The position numbers were made by a program, and so were the translations under genes. Below are positions 38,792 to 48,409 of a stretch of DNA of 64,000 nucleotides, piece by piece. Below the pieces are notes generated by a model. The model was not told where the DNA came from and searched no databases. It saw nothing but the letters and a program-made list of their open reading frames with translations. This DNA comes from Acidobacteriota bacterium (GTDB lineage Bacteria; Acidobacteriota; Terriglobia; Terriglobales; Acidobacteriaceae): contig JAJYSV010000016.1 of NCBI GenBank assembly GCA_021793405.1, forward strand, positions 5,184 through 69,183, read 5' to 3'. Positions within the stretch are counted from its first letter, which is position 1, and each line of letters begins with the position of its first letter.

Positions 38792-39329
38792 ATGAAATGC
38801 GCCTGCGTGCTTTTCGTCTGTCTTCTGCTTCCCTGGATCGCTACAGCGCAGAACGCGCCGACCGTTCGACAAGCGGAATCCGCCTGCGGGTCATTACACG
38901 TAAACTTTCATGTGGACAGGTCGGGCAGCCAGCATCCGCTAGCGACTCCCATAGCGGGAAAAGCGCAGGTCTACATTATTGAAGATTGGATTCCGCCTGG
39001 AATTTCAAATCTTTTCAATATTAGTCCAACCATTCGTGTAGGTTTGGATGGCAAATGGATGGGTGCAGATCAAGAAAACTCCTATCTTTTTTTTCACCGT
39101 TGAGTCGGGCGAACATCATTTGTGCGTCAGCACGCAATCGAAGGTCCATCAGCCTCACGACGTCGCCTTATACGGGTTCAACGCGAAGCCTGATCAACGA
39201 TATTTTTTTCGCGTGCGGATGCCTCGTATCGGAAATACCACGGCGCTGCTTCTTGATCCGCTCAATATCGATGAAGCGCAACTCTTGCTGGCCAGATATC
39301 CGCATGCTAGTTCGACTGTCAAAAAGTAG
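38792..39329 (+). pseudogene. DUF2846-like secreted protein interrupted by a frameshift in a T8 run (or sequencing error)
   Basis: ORF 38792-39103 (signal peptide MKCACVLFVCLLLPWIATAQ ... ENSYLFFHR*) and ORF 39048-39329 (...FFFTVESGEHHLCV...) overlap at T8 39087-39094. Removing one T joins them as ...ENSYLFFTVESGEHHLCV... Confidence 0.6.
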
Positions 39330-39344
39330 CGCAGCTGGCAACTG

Positions 39345-40478
39345 TTACCGATTCTCGATCGCAATATACTTGTTCGGGTAGGCCGGACCGGTGTATTCGG
39401 CGCGTGGGCGAATTAGCCGATTGTCCTCAAATTGCTCGATCGCATGCGCCGACCAGCCGGCAATGCGGCTGACAGCGAAGATCGGCGTGAACAAATCGAC
39501 GTCGATACCCAGCGTGGTGTAGGTTGAAGCCGAATAAAAATCCACGTTGGCGTTGAGCTTCTTTTCCTCTTTCACAAACAGCTCGATCTTGCGGGACATG
39601 TCGAACCATTTTGGATTGCCGTCCGCGCGCCCCAGGTCCTGCGACATGCGGCGAAGATGCGTCGCGCGCGGATCTTCTGTGTGATACACGCGATGTCCGA
39701 AGCCAGGAATTTTCTTCTTGTCGGCCAGCATCTGCCGCACATACTCCACCGGGTCCGCGCCTGCCTTGTCGATTGCGAACAGGATGCGCATCACGGCCTC
39801 GTTCGCGCCGCCGTGCAGCGATCCCTTCAACGCGCCAATCGCGCCGGTGATGGCCGAATGCATGTCCGACAGCGTAGCAGCGATGACCCGCGCAGCGAAG
39901 GTCGAGGCGTTGAATTCATGGTCTGCGTGCAGAATCAGGGCTACATCCAGCGCACGCTCCGCCGTCGCGGAAGGCTTCTCACCATTCAGCATCCATAGAA
40001 AGTTGCCTGCATGACTCAGCGAAGGATCGGGCGGAACGATCGATTTTCCTTTGCGAACGCGGTCAAAAATCGCAATAATCATTGGGATTTGCGAGGTCAG
40101 GCGGAAGGCTTTGCGCACATTCGCCTCGTGCGTAATGGATTCCTGGTCCGGGTCGTACATGCTGAGCGCGGAGACTGCGGTGCGCAGGACTGCCATCGGC
40201 AAGGCATCCTTCGGCAACGCTTCGATCAGCCGCACTACCTCTGGCGGCAGAACCCGGCCCGCGGCCAGATGTCGATTGAATTCCGCGAGTTCCGTGCTGG
40301 AAGGCAGACGTCCAAACCACAACAGATAGGCCGTTTCCGGGAACGTCGATTTCTCCGCCAGTTCATGAATATCGATGCCGCGGTATGCCAGGACACCCGC
40401 TTCTCCATCAATCAGACAAATTCCTGAGTCGGAAGCAACGATATCTTCCAGCCCGCGTGCCGCGGCAGTCATAGCCAT
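39345..40478 (-). CDS. gltA: citrate synthase (about 377-aa type)
   Basis: GFGHRVYHTEDPRA motif and overall citrate-synthase-like sequence. Confidence 0.9.
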   Translation of the reverse strand: MAMTAAARGLEDIVASDSGICLIDGEAGVLAYRGIDIHELAEKSTFPETAYLLWFGRLPSSTELAEFNRHLAAGRVLPPEVVRLIEALPKDALPMAVLRTAVSALSMYDPDQESITHEANVRKAFRLTSQIPMIIAIFDRVRKGKSIVPPDPSLSHAGNFLWMLNGEKPSATAERALDVALILHADHEFNASTFAARVIAATLSDMHSAITGAIGALKGSLHGGANEAVMRILFAIDKAGADPVEYVRQMLADKKKIPGFGHRVYHTEDPRATHLRRMSQDLGRADGNPKWFDMSRKIELFVKEEKKLNANVDFYSASTYTTLGIDVDLFTPIFAVSRIAGWSAHAIEQFEDNRLIRPRAEYTGPAYPNKYIAIENR

Positions 40479-40926
40479 ATTATTGTTCTCCAGACTACTT
40501 TTCTCTCATGTGCAGCGTCCGATCGCGATTCGCGCGAGACCGGCTTCCACGATGATATTACAGTGCGACAAGGACCCTCGTCATTCTCGCGTCTTCAGCA
40601 TTCGCCGGCTTTGACCAGTGAAACCGCGCCTCTCAGTCCCACGTTTTCATCCCTCGCATCCATGCTGCAGGACATGGTCTCCGCCATAACCCCAACTTTC
40701 CGTTATAACCCAGCCATCCGGCGCTGTCAGCAAGCCGTGCGGCGAAAGATACGGCGATCACCCATCTGTGGCGGTGGTCGATCCATTGCTCCGCATCCGC
40801 TTATGTGTGATTTGTGTGTGTGATCGTTTTGTGAAAATCTAGGGTGTGCCAGCCGGTCGTACACAACTGGCTGCGAATCGCCAGTTTTTCTTCTAATCCG
40901 TCTTGCGATGCACCGGAGCTTTTGGA

Positions 40927-41757
40927 ATGCCCGAAGATGACTTGTACGGGGACGAGAGATCTCATTCCGCCTTGTTGATCCTGATTGCAGGCCTTTCACT
41001 GCTCCTTGCGCTCAGCGCGCTGGTGTGGAATTATTTTCTGCAAAACCGTCTGGATACAACAGCAACCAAATTGACTCAGTCGCAGGAATATGTCGACCAC
41101 CTTGCCGCGCAACAGGCCGAGATGTGGCGGCAGCTCCATGCAACCAATGAAGAATTTGGCGCAAAACTTGGAATTACGCAACGCCAGATTGAATTGCGCG
41201 CTCAAGGCATCTTGCACCAACAGCAGGTGGCGGACACTCGGATAGCCCAGCAGGAGGCCGCAACCCGTAAAAAAGTGAGTGACGTTTCCCAATCCGTGTC
41301 CAACGTGCAAACCGCTGTGGGAGGCGTCAAGCAGGAGGTCGTCAACACCCGCCAAGAGCTTGCCAGTACGGAGCAGCAGTTGCATGCCGTCGTCGGGGAC
41401 ATGGGAGTGCAGAGCGGCTTGATCGCGACCAATTCCGAGCAACTGAACTACCTGAAGCACCTGGGAGATCGCAATTACATTGAATTTACCCTGCGCAAAG
41501 GGCAACCCGCGACGTCTGTTTCAATCGTCAAATTGCAGCTGCGCAAGGCCGATACCAAGCATTCGCGCTATACGTTGTATGTGTTTTCCGACGACAAGCG
41601 TGTGGAGAAGAAGAACCGCGATCTCGACGAGCCATTGCAGTTCTATGCGGGCAACCCGCCCATGCTGTTTGAAGTCGTCATCAATCAAATCGGCAAAGAT
41701 CAAGTTTCCGGCTATTTGTCGACACCCAAAAACACGCCCAAATCCTTCGTCCCGTAA
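40927..41757 (+). CDS. hypothetical membrane-anchored coiled-coil protein
   Basis: ATG 40927 about 10 nt after GGAG. TM helix (ALLILIAGLSLLLALSALVW), a Q-rich coiled coil, then a C-terminal beta-rich domain. No family recognised. Confidence 0.5.
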   Translation: MPEDDLYGDERSHSALLILIAGLSLLLALSALVWNYFLQNRLDTTATKLTQSQEYVDHLAAQQAEMWRQLHATNEEFGAKLGITQRQIELRAQGILHQQQVADTRIAQQEAATRKKVSDVSQSVSNVQTAVGGVKQEVVNTRQELASTEQQLHAVVGDMGVQSGLIATNSEQLNYLKHLGDRNYIEFTLRKGQPATSVSIVKLQLRKADTKHSRYTLYVFSDDKRVEKKNRDLDEPLQFYAGNPPMLFEVVINQIGKDQVSGYLSTPKNTPKSFVP

Positions 41758-41868
41758 TTCCGGTTCAAAGATTGAGGACCGCGTTCAAGATTGTGCGCCG
41801 TGCACCTTCCACGGATGACAGCGCGAGCGACGCATCTGCAGGCATCCTAAACGTAGACTCGATACGCG

Positions 41869-42489
41869 CTATTCCAGCGGCAAAGTCAAGGTGCGCGCGT
41901 GTTGAAAACTGACGATGAGCTGCGCGCCTTTGTGCTGGCTCCACTGTTCTTTCGTCCAGGGATACGCGAATATCATCAGGCCTTCCGCCGACTGTCCCGG
42001 CGCAATCACTTGGTGGCGCGCCAAGGGGGACATGCTCAACGACTTTAGTTCAGGAAATCGCTGCATGAACCGATCGATATCCCCTGGCAAGGCTGCCAAG
42101 CTCTGATTGGCTTCACCCTTCAGCTTCACATCCGACATCAGATCGAAGATCGTTATCGGCTGTTCGCTAATATTTGTGACCCTGGCCTGCACCAGTAGGA
42201 CCATCTCATCCTGCTCAGGAACCAAGCCGGGCAACCCCGGCCCGGTCTGTGAGTTCCCGGCATCCACCTGGACTGGGTACGCAACTACCCGCAGCACAGT
42301 GCCGGATGCATCCGGCTTCGATCGCCCAAAATGAGCAAACAATGCCCAGGCGATCGCCAGTCCAATGACCACGACAATCGCGGGAACCACAAGAGGACGC
42401 CAGGGTTCTGTTGGCTCTATTTCCTCCATCTCTAGCGCACCGACATTGGGGGGCCGCGAATCTGGGAGTGGCGAATCGGGTGTATTCAT
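41869..42489 (-). CDS. hypothetical membrane-anchored protein
   Basis: 206 aa, one TM helix (VVPAIVVVIGLAIAWALFAHF) then a beta-rich ectodomain. No family recognised. Confidence 0.5.
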   Translation of the reverse strand: MNTPDSPLPDSRPPNVGALEMEEIEPTEPWRPLVVPAIVVVIGLAIAWALFAHFGRSKPDASGTVLRVVAYPVQVDAGNSQTGPGLPGLVPEQDEMVLLVQARVTNISEQPITIFDLMSDVKLKGEANQSLAALPGDIDRFMQRFPELKSLSMSPLARHQVIAPGQSAEGLMIFAYPWTKEQWSQHKGAQLIVSFQHARTLTLPLE

Positions 42490-42537
42490 GGTTGCAAGCA
42501 GTTTACTCGGAATCGGGCGAGATCAAGAGACAAAGTT

Positions 42538-44283
42538 TCAGAGAATCCGGTGACGAAACCCCCGCAGTAGGTCGTCCGCTGACCGCGTGTTCAAGACGTC
42601 ATTAGCCTGCAACCCAGCTCGACGCAACTGGCGGATGCCATAGCGCATTTTCTCCAGATGCGAGGTGTGATGGGCGTCAGTATTCACGACAATTTTGCAG
42701 CCCAACTCTTTTGCGCGCCGTAGATTGCGATCATTCAGGTCGAGGCGGTCAGGATATGCATTGTGCTCGACGGCAACGCCCAGCTCCGCTGAGCGGCGAA
42801 GGACTGCGTCAAGGTCGAACTCGTACGGTTCCCGGCGCAGCAACAGCCGCCCGGTCGGATGCCCAAGAATGCGCACGAAGGGGTTTTCAATGGCCCGCAG
42901 AATGCGCTTCGTCATCTGCTCCGTGGGCTGGTTGAAATAGGAATGCACGCTGGCCACTACCACATCCATCTGCGCCAGCACATCATCGGAAAGATCGAGC
43001 GCTCCGTCCACAAGAATGTCGACTTCAATTCCTGGAAAAATTCGGATCGAGCCCGCCATCTCACGATCCACTGCGCGAATCCGCGCGATATGCTCCAGCG
43101 CGCGCGCATCGTCCAATCCATTCGTCATGGCAAGATTTTTTGAGTGGTCCGTGATGGCGATGTAGCTGTATCCGCGTTCCAGCGCCGCCTCCGCCATCTC
43201 GCGTATCGTATTTTTTCCGTCCGTCGCGCTCGTGTGCATATGCAAATCGCCGCGAATGTCAGACTGCTCGATCAGCACCGGCAACCGGTGTTGCGCCGCT
43301 GCTTCGATCTCCCCCAGATCTTCGCGCAGTTCCGGTGGAATCCAGTCCATCCCCAGTGCCGCATAAATCTCCTCCTCTGTGCTGCTGGGAAGCGCACTGC
43401 CGTCGTCCAACCTCGCTAACGCATATTCGTTCAGGGTGTAGCCCATTTTCAAAGCGCGCTGGCGCAGCTTCACATTGTGCAGCTTGGAGCCGGTAAAGTA
43501 TTGCAGCGCGGCGCCATAGCTTTTTTCCGGCAACATTCGCACGTCCACCTGCAAGCCCTGGCGCAGACGAAAGCTCACCTTGTTCTGACCCTTGCCAATC
43601 ACGTCGGCGATGGGAGGGTAGCCCGCCACATGTTCCACCACGGCCGCCACCCTATCTTCCGCGCAGGCCGGCCCGGTCACCAGAAAATCCAGGTCTCCCA
43701 CCGTATCGCGCCCTCGCCGCAGTGAGCCAGCCGGCGTCACTCGCTCGATTCCAGGAAAACTACCGAGGTACTCCGTCAGTCTCTCCGCCGCTAGCTCGGC
43801 ATCGTCTAGATGAAATCTTCCGGCATGTTTGCGGTAGTCGGAGATGCCTTGGAGCAGTTTTGCCACTTGCTTGGGTCCACATCGCGGCAGGTTATCCAGC
43901 CGCCCCTCCCGGCACGCGGTTTCCAGTTCATCGATGCTCGATATCTGGGCCGCATCCCAGAACAGCGCCACCGTCTTTGGCCCCATGCCCGGCAACCGCA
44001 ACAGCTCCAGCATCGATGGTTTGTAGCGGGCCAGCATTTCCTGGTGCAACCCCAGCGCACCCGTCCGCTCCAGCTCGACGATGTTCGCCGCCATTCCCTT
44101 GCCGATCCCTGGCAACTCCAGCAGTTTCTTTGGCTCTGCCGCCAACTGTCCCACTGCTACTGTGCTGGATTCCACCACTTCCGCGGCGCGCCGGTAAGAA
44201 CGAATCCGGAACGAGTCTGCCGCGCTCACTTCCAGCAGATCGGCCGTCTCGGAGAGTATTTGTGCAATCTGGCGATTTTCCAT
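42538..44283 (-). CDS. polX: DNA polymerase X family protein with C-terminal PHP domain
   Basis: ATG 44283 gives MENRQIAQILSETADLLEV (typical PolX HhH N-terminus). PHP motif DLHMHTSATDG. Confidence 0.85.
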   Translation of the reverse strand: MENRQIAQILSETADLLEVSAADSFRIRSYRRAAEVVESSTVAVGQLAAEPKKLLELPGIGKGMAANIVELERTGALGLHQEMLARYKPSMLELLRLPGMGPKTVALFWDAAQISSIDELETACREGRLDNLPRCGPKQVAKLLQGISDYRKHAGRFHLDDAELAAERLTEYLGSFPGIERVTPAGSLRRGRDTVGDLDFLVTGPACAEDRVAAVVEHVAGYPPIADVIGKGQNKVSFRLRQGLQVDVRMLPEKSYGAALQYFTGSKLHNVKLRQRALKMGYTLNEYALARLDDGSALPSSTEEEIYAALGMDWIPPELREDLGEIEAAAQHRLPVLIEQSDIRGDLHMHTSATDGKNTIREMAEAALERGYSYIAITDHSKNLAMTNGLDDARALEHIARIRAVDREMAGSIRIFPGIEVDILVDGALDLSDDVLAQMDVVVASVHSYFNQPTEQMTKRILRAIENPFVRILGHPTGRLLLRREPYEFDLDAVLRRSAELGVAVEHNAYPDRLDLNDRNLRRAKELGCKIVVNTDAHHTSHLEKMRYGIRQLRRAGLQANDVLNTRSADDLLRGFRHRIL

Positions 44284-44418
44284 GGCGATACGAGATCCGG
44301 GAATTCCGCTCCTCGATGGCATCATCGCACTGTACAGGTAAAAAATAAAACCCGGCACAAGGCCGGGGATTCTCCAAAACATATCGATTTCAGTAGCAAG
44401 AAAACTTATTGCCCCATT

Positions 44419-44455
44419 GCGCGTCGACGCAACTGTAGACAGACGCGTCGACGCA
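44419..44455 (-). terminator. pair of identical palindromes (GCGTCGACGC x2) downstream of csp; possible terminator or operator
   Basis: GCGTCGACGC at 44421-44430 and 44445-44454. The copies can pair with each other (10-bp stem) or self-fold. The downstream minus-strand sequence is only weakly T-rich. Confidence 0.3.
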
Positions 44456-44515
44456 CACGGACTCGAGCATTCGCAAAGATTTGGCTATTCGCGCCCCCCG
44501 TCTCGACAATCTCTT

Positions 44516-44740
44516 TCAGTCTTGCAGAGCGTCTTGCAACCGCAATACCTGGTCCGCCTGCGGTCCTTTCTCTCCCTGAACGATGTCAAACTCGACCGGG
44601 TCGCCTTCCTTCAGACTCTTGTAGCCCTCAGTCTGAATCGCCGTGTAGTGCACGAACACATCGGGGCCGTCTTCCCGCCCGATGAATCCGAATCCTTTTG
44701 CATTGTTGAACCACTTTACTTTGCCTTTATGCTGAGACAC
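44516..44740 (-). CDS. cold-shock domain protein
   Basis: GTG 44740 preceded by GGAGAGG gives (M)[35 protein letters not shown], with RNP1/RNP2 motifs. Confidence 0.85.
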   Translation of the reverse strand: MSQHKGKVKWFNNAKGFGFIGREDGPDVFVHYTAIQTEGYKSLKEGDPVEFDIVQGEKGPQADQVLRLQDALQD

Positions 44741-44961
44741 GGAACACGCACCTCTCCAATACAGATCGGAAACCGCGAGGGGATCCTGCGAATATAGACG
44801 CGGGAAGCGGGAAATCGTTATGAGGAGAGTATGGAAAATAATCCGACGTTGCCGGCACGCGCGGCGGTTTTGCAAAAATAGCGGAAGACGAGAACCACGA
44901 CGGATTGTGTGGGAAGCGCGGCCCATGTCGTGTCGAGCCGCGCTGCGGGTAAATGGCTGTT

Positions 44962-45717
44962 CTACAAAATGGCCGCTGAACGCCGGCGCGCATAGAGCAG
45001 AATCGCGACAATCGATTTTGCGTCGATAATCTTTCCGCTCTCCACCCACTCCATTGCTTGCGAAAACGGAATCTGCCGGTGTTCGATATATTCATCTTCA
45101 TCCGGCGCGGACTGCCCGCAGCTTAACCCCTCTGCGATGTACACCTGCATCCACTCGCCCAGAAATCCCGGACTTACGAAGAACCGCGCCAGCTTGGTCC
45201 AGCGTTTGGCAATATATCCGGTCTCTTCCAGTAACTCCCGTTTCGCGCCGGGCAGCGTAGCCTCTTCCGGCTCTTTGCGTCCGGCAGGAATTTCCCACAT
45301 ATATTGCCCGGCGGCATGGCGATACTGGCGCTCGACAACAATCATCGGGTCGGCCGGATTGCTCGTATCGTCCACCGCGAGAATCACGACGGAACCGGAG
45401 TGGCGAATGACATCGCGTCGAGCAGTTTCTCCTTCCGGCTCACGCACATAATCGGTGTACACATCGAACAACGGCCCTTGATACGCCAGCTGCGATGAAA
45501 TCAATGCAACCTTCGCGCCGCGCTGGTTCTTTACTGAGGAAGCGGCGGGACCACGAATCGCGGACGTGGCAGCGGTCTGTTTGTTCGCGGATGGCAACAT
45601 TCTCTTGCCTTTCGCAACCGGCTGCACCGGACCTTGGTTCTTTTGGATTTTGTTCTTGGCTTTTCCGGCTTGTTGTTTCCCTGCCGGCTTCAGTGGTGTT
45701 TTATGGCCAGATCGCAT
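44962..45717 (-). CDS. NUDIX hydrolase (ADP-ribose pyrophosphatase-like) with basic N-terminal extension
   Basis: Nudix box context ([24 protein letters not shown]). The first ~80 aa are K/Q/A/G-rich. True start uncertain. Confidence 0.7.
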   Translation of the reverse strand: MRSGHKTPLKPAGKQQAGKAKNKIQKNQGPVQPVAKGKRMLPSANKQTAATSAIRGPAASSVKNQRGAKVALISSQLAYQGPLFDVYTDYVREPEGETARRDVIRHSGSVVILAVDDTSNPADPMIVVERQYRHAAGQYMWEIPAGRKEPEEATLPGAKRELLEETGYIAKRWTKLARFFVSPGFLGEWMQVYIAEGLSCGQSAPDEDEYIEHRQIPFSQAMEWVESGKIIDAKSIVAILLYARRRSAAIL

Positions 45718-45924
45718 CCAGTTCCTTTCATTCCTTGGTATCGGTCGGACTCTCTCTACACTCTATCGGCAGAACAGTTCGTTTCACATGAGACCATAAA
45801 CCAAACCTGCTTGCATGCAAAGAACAGCCTGAGGAAAACTCGACCGCCTGCAACCGATCTGAGGCGCACGTAGCTATTTTGGACCTCTACCATCTTGGGA
45901 AAAGACCCTGTGCAGGCACCGCTT

Positions 45925-46536
45925 TTAACGCTTGATTGGGCTCGTTTCCTGGGTGTCGATCTCGGCAAACGTCATGTTGGTCGCGGCGTGCCGCGTCGCG
46001 CGTTTCCAGTCTTGAAACAGTTGCCCGTAACTCGCTTTCAGATATTTTTCTGGAAGAATTCCCAGTTTCGCGGCCACTCGGTCAATCCATTCGGATTCCC
46101 CTTCCAACTCCGCGAAGTCTCCGATCGGGGTCACATCCACCACGATGTGTCCTTCATTATCTGCCCATTCGGTCCGCAGTTTTTCATATACGAAAACGGG
46201 ACTATATCCCAGCCGCTCTAAAATGGCAGCCAGGGGACGGCCGTCCTCGATCTCCGTTTCCGTTTCTGCGCGTACTTTGTGCGCGTTGGCCGCGGAATTT
46301 TCGGCGGGCGTCTTGTGCGTAAGAATCCACCGGTCTCCATATTGCCGGATGCGCAGCAATTCGCCCCGCCGTTGTAGCTGACCCTCTGGCGTGTCGAACA
46401 ACACATTGCGCTCCATCGTTTCTGCGGTCAGCAAATGAAACCCCAGAGCCGGCAATTGGCCGGTAAAGGCGCTGCGGTCCGTCAGTCGTACTTTGATTTC
46501 TGTTTCCATCTTGCCTGCTGCCGTTTCCTGAGCCAT
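45925..46536 (-). CDS. CYTH-domain protein (class IV adenylate cyclase/triphosphate tunnel metalloenzyme family)
   Basis: METEIKVRL... N-terminal ExExK-type motif. Start at 46536 or 46509. The track ORF to 46722 overlaps the divergent gene. Confidence 0.7.
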   Translation of the reverse strand: MAQETAAGKMETEIKVRLTDRSAFTGQLPALGFHLLTAETMERNVLFDTPEGQLQRRGELLRIRQYGDRWILTHKTPAENSAANAHKVRAETETEIEDGRPLAAILERLGYSPVFVYEKLRTEWADNEGHIVVDVTPIGDFAELEGESEWIDRVAAKLGILPEKYLKASYGQLFQDWKRATRHAATNMTFAEIDTQETSPIKR

Positions 46537-46617
46537 GCAACCAGTTTCGCAGATCAAGCCAGCCATCAGGAAGCCGGAAAAGTCCGAATTTGACGAACAG
46601 ATTAGGATGAAGGACGG

Positions 46618-47751
46618 ATGTGTTGCTTTGCGCGAATGGCGATGCGCATGAACAAGATGACAGAAAAAAATACAGTTCGCCTCACCGTTTCCGCCGATTC
46701 GATCGCGTCGTCCGCAGCCCAACGCGCCATTGCCCGGGCTGCCGAAGTTCTTCGTTCAGGCGGCACGGTTGCCTTTCCCACCGAGACTGTCTATGGCTTG
46801 GGAGCGGACGCGCTGAACCCTATAGCCGTGCAAGGTATTTTCCTGGCGAAACAAAGGCCTGCCTGGGATCCGGTGATCGTGCACGTTGCCGACCGAGACA
46901 TGTTCGAGCAGGTTGCCGTCCGGGTTCCGGGAGCTGCACAGCAACGGATCGATACTCTGATCGACAAATTCTGGCCTGGTCCTCTGACCCTGCTGTTGCC
47001 CCGCCAGGTGGTTGTGCCGTCCGCAGTGACCGCAGGCCGCGACCGGGTAGGCGTACGTATGCCCGCCCACCCGGTCGCGATGGCCCTGATTGCTGCCGCG
47101 AAACTCCCCGTCGCCGCACCCAGCGCGAATCGCTTCGGCCACACTAGTCCCACCACCGCGCAGCATGTGCTCGACGATCTGGCTGGCCGCATCGATCTGG
47201 TGCTCGACGGTGGACCGGCCTGGTGCGGCGTCGAATCCACCGTGATTGAAGTTGGCGAGCAGGAGACGATTCTCTATCGTCCCGGTGCGATTCCGATTGC
47301 GGAGATTGAGTCCATTGCCGGCCCCGTCGTTCTCTATCAGCCACCGACTCCACCACGGGCGTCGGTTGCACAGCTTGAATCTTTACCATCGCCAGGAGTG
47401 GACATGCGCCATTACGCTCCGAGCGCGCGCCTCATTCCCCTTGAAATGGACAGAAATGAGCAAGCCGGCGTCCAGAGGCAATGGCTGCAGGCGGTGCTGG
47501 AACAATCCCGCAGCGCGCAGAAAATCGGCGTCATGCTGCCCACCGGCTGGCGATTGCCGAAGGATTTTTCCGGCGTTCGCTACGCCTGGGGGAACTGGAA
47601 AAATGATCGAGAACTGGCGCAGCGGCTATTCGCCGGACTGCGTGCGCTCGATGCGATGGGCGCGGATGTAATTGTGTGCCCGTTGCCACCCGCCTTCGGC
47701 ATGGGAGCGGCGATGCGCGACCGGCTATTGAAGGCTGCTCGCAGCCAGTAG
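46618..47751 (+). CDS. tsaC: L-threonylcarbamoyladenylate synthase (Sua5/YwlC type, with C-terminal Sua5 domain)
   Basis: GGTVAFPTETVYGLGADA and SANRFGHTSPT motifs. Several possible ATG starts between 46618 and 46657. Confidence 0.85.
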   Translation: MCCFARMAMRMNKMTEKNTVRLTVSADSIASSAAQRAIARAAEVLRSGGTVAFPTETVYGLGADALNPIAVQGIFLAKQRPAWDPVIVHVADRDMFEQVAVRVPGAAQQRIDTLIDKFWPGPLTLLLPRQVVVPSAVTAGRDRVGVRMPAHPVAMALIAAAKLPVAAPSANRFGHTSPTTAQHVLDDLAGRIDLVLDGGPAWCGVESTVIEVGEQETILYRPGAIPIAEIESIAGPVVLYQPPTPPRASVAQLESLPSPGVDMRHYAPSARLIPLEMDRNEQAGVQRQWLQAVLEQSRSAQKIGVMLPTGWRLPKDFSGVRYAWGNWKNDRELAQRLFAGLRALDAMGADVIVCPLPPAFGMGAAMRDRLLKAARSQ

Positions 47752-47772
47752 GTTGGCTTCTTGATCGATCGG

Positions 47773-48237
47773 CTATGACATCCTCTGCGTCGGATTTTCT
47801 TCCACTTTGTAGATGTAGCGGATGCTGTCTTTGTAAATTAGCACGCGGGTGCGGGTGCCATTCCGTGCTCCGCGTCCAACGTTCCGCAACTTGATCGCAT
47901 AGCGGTCGTACCATTCGATGACCCCTTCCAGTTCCGCCCCATTCTCCAGCACCACGACCATCCGGGTTTGTGCCTGAATCTGCTTCTGGAAGTAGAAGAC
48001 CTCGGCATGGGAACTCTCCTCGCCTGCGCCGTCTGGCACAGACCGAGCCGTTAGCGGGGAACCGTGGCCATAGAGCGCCGTCTGCCGTTCTGCCGTCGAC
48101 CGCAAGGAGAGGCTCGGGCGGATGAGACGTCGTTGCCCAGAAAAATCGCTCTCCGGAAGTGCCTTCACGGGGGCCGGGGCCGGAACCGCAACGACGACTG
48201 CGGCGCGTACAGTCGATTTGGACTTAGGCAGAGGCAT
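47773..48237 (-). CDS. Hfq/Sm-like protein with about 75-aa N-terminal low-complexity extension
   Basis: The C-terminal 70 aa align to Hfq: MVVVLENGAELEGVIEWYDRYAIKL (Sm1-like) and VLIYKDSIRYIYK (compare YKHAISTVVP). ATG 48237 chosen. Confidence 0.55.
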   Translation of the reverse strand: MPLPKSKSTVRAAVVVAVPAPAPVKALPESDFSGQRRLIRPSLSLRSTAERQTALYGHGSPLTARSVPDGAGEESSHAEVFYFQKQIQAQTRMVVVLENGAELEGVIEWYDRYAIKLRNVGRGARNGTRTRVLIYKDSIRYIYKVEENPTQRMS

Positions 48238-48409
48238 GGAACTCCGTCGAAATAGATCGCAAGTCAAGGCCTCTTCGCACCCGACATCCAGGATGAAGGA
48301 CAGATCTTGAAGCAACCTGATTCTGCTGAATGAATACGATGCTAGACGAAGACCGTACGTTTTCCAACTGAAGTTTTCTTTTGTCGGGCGAACCGGCAGG
48401 ACTGAGACC

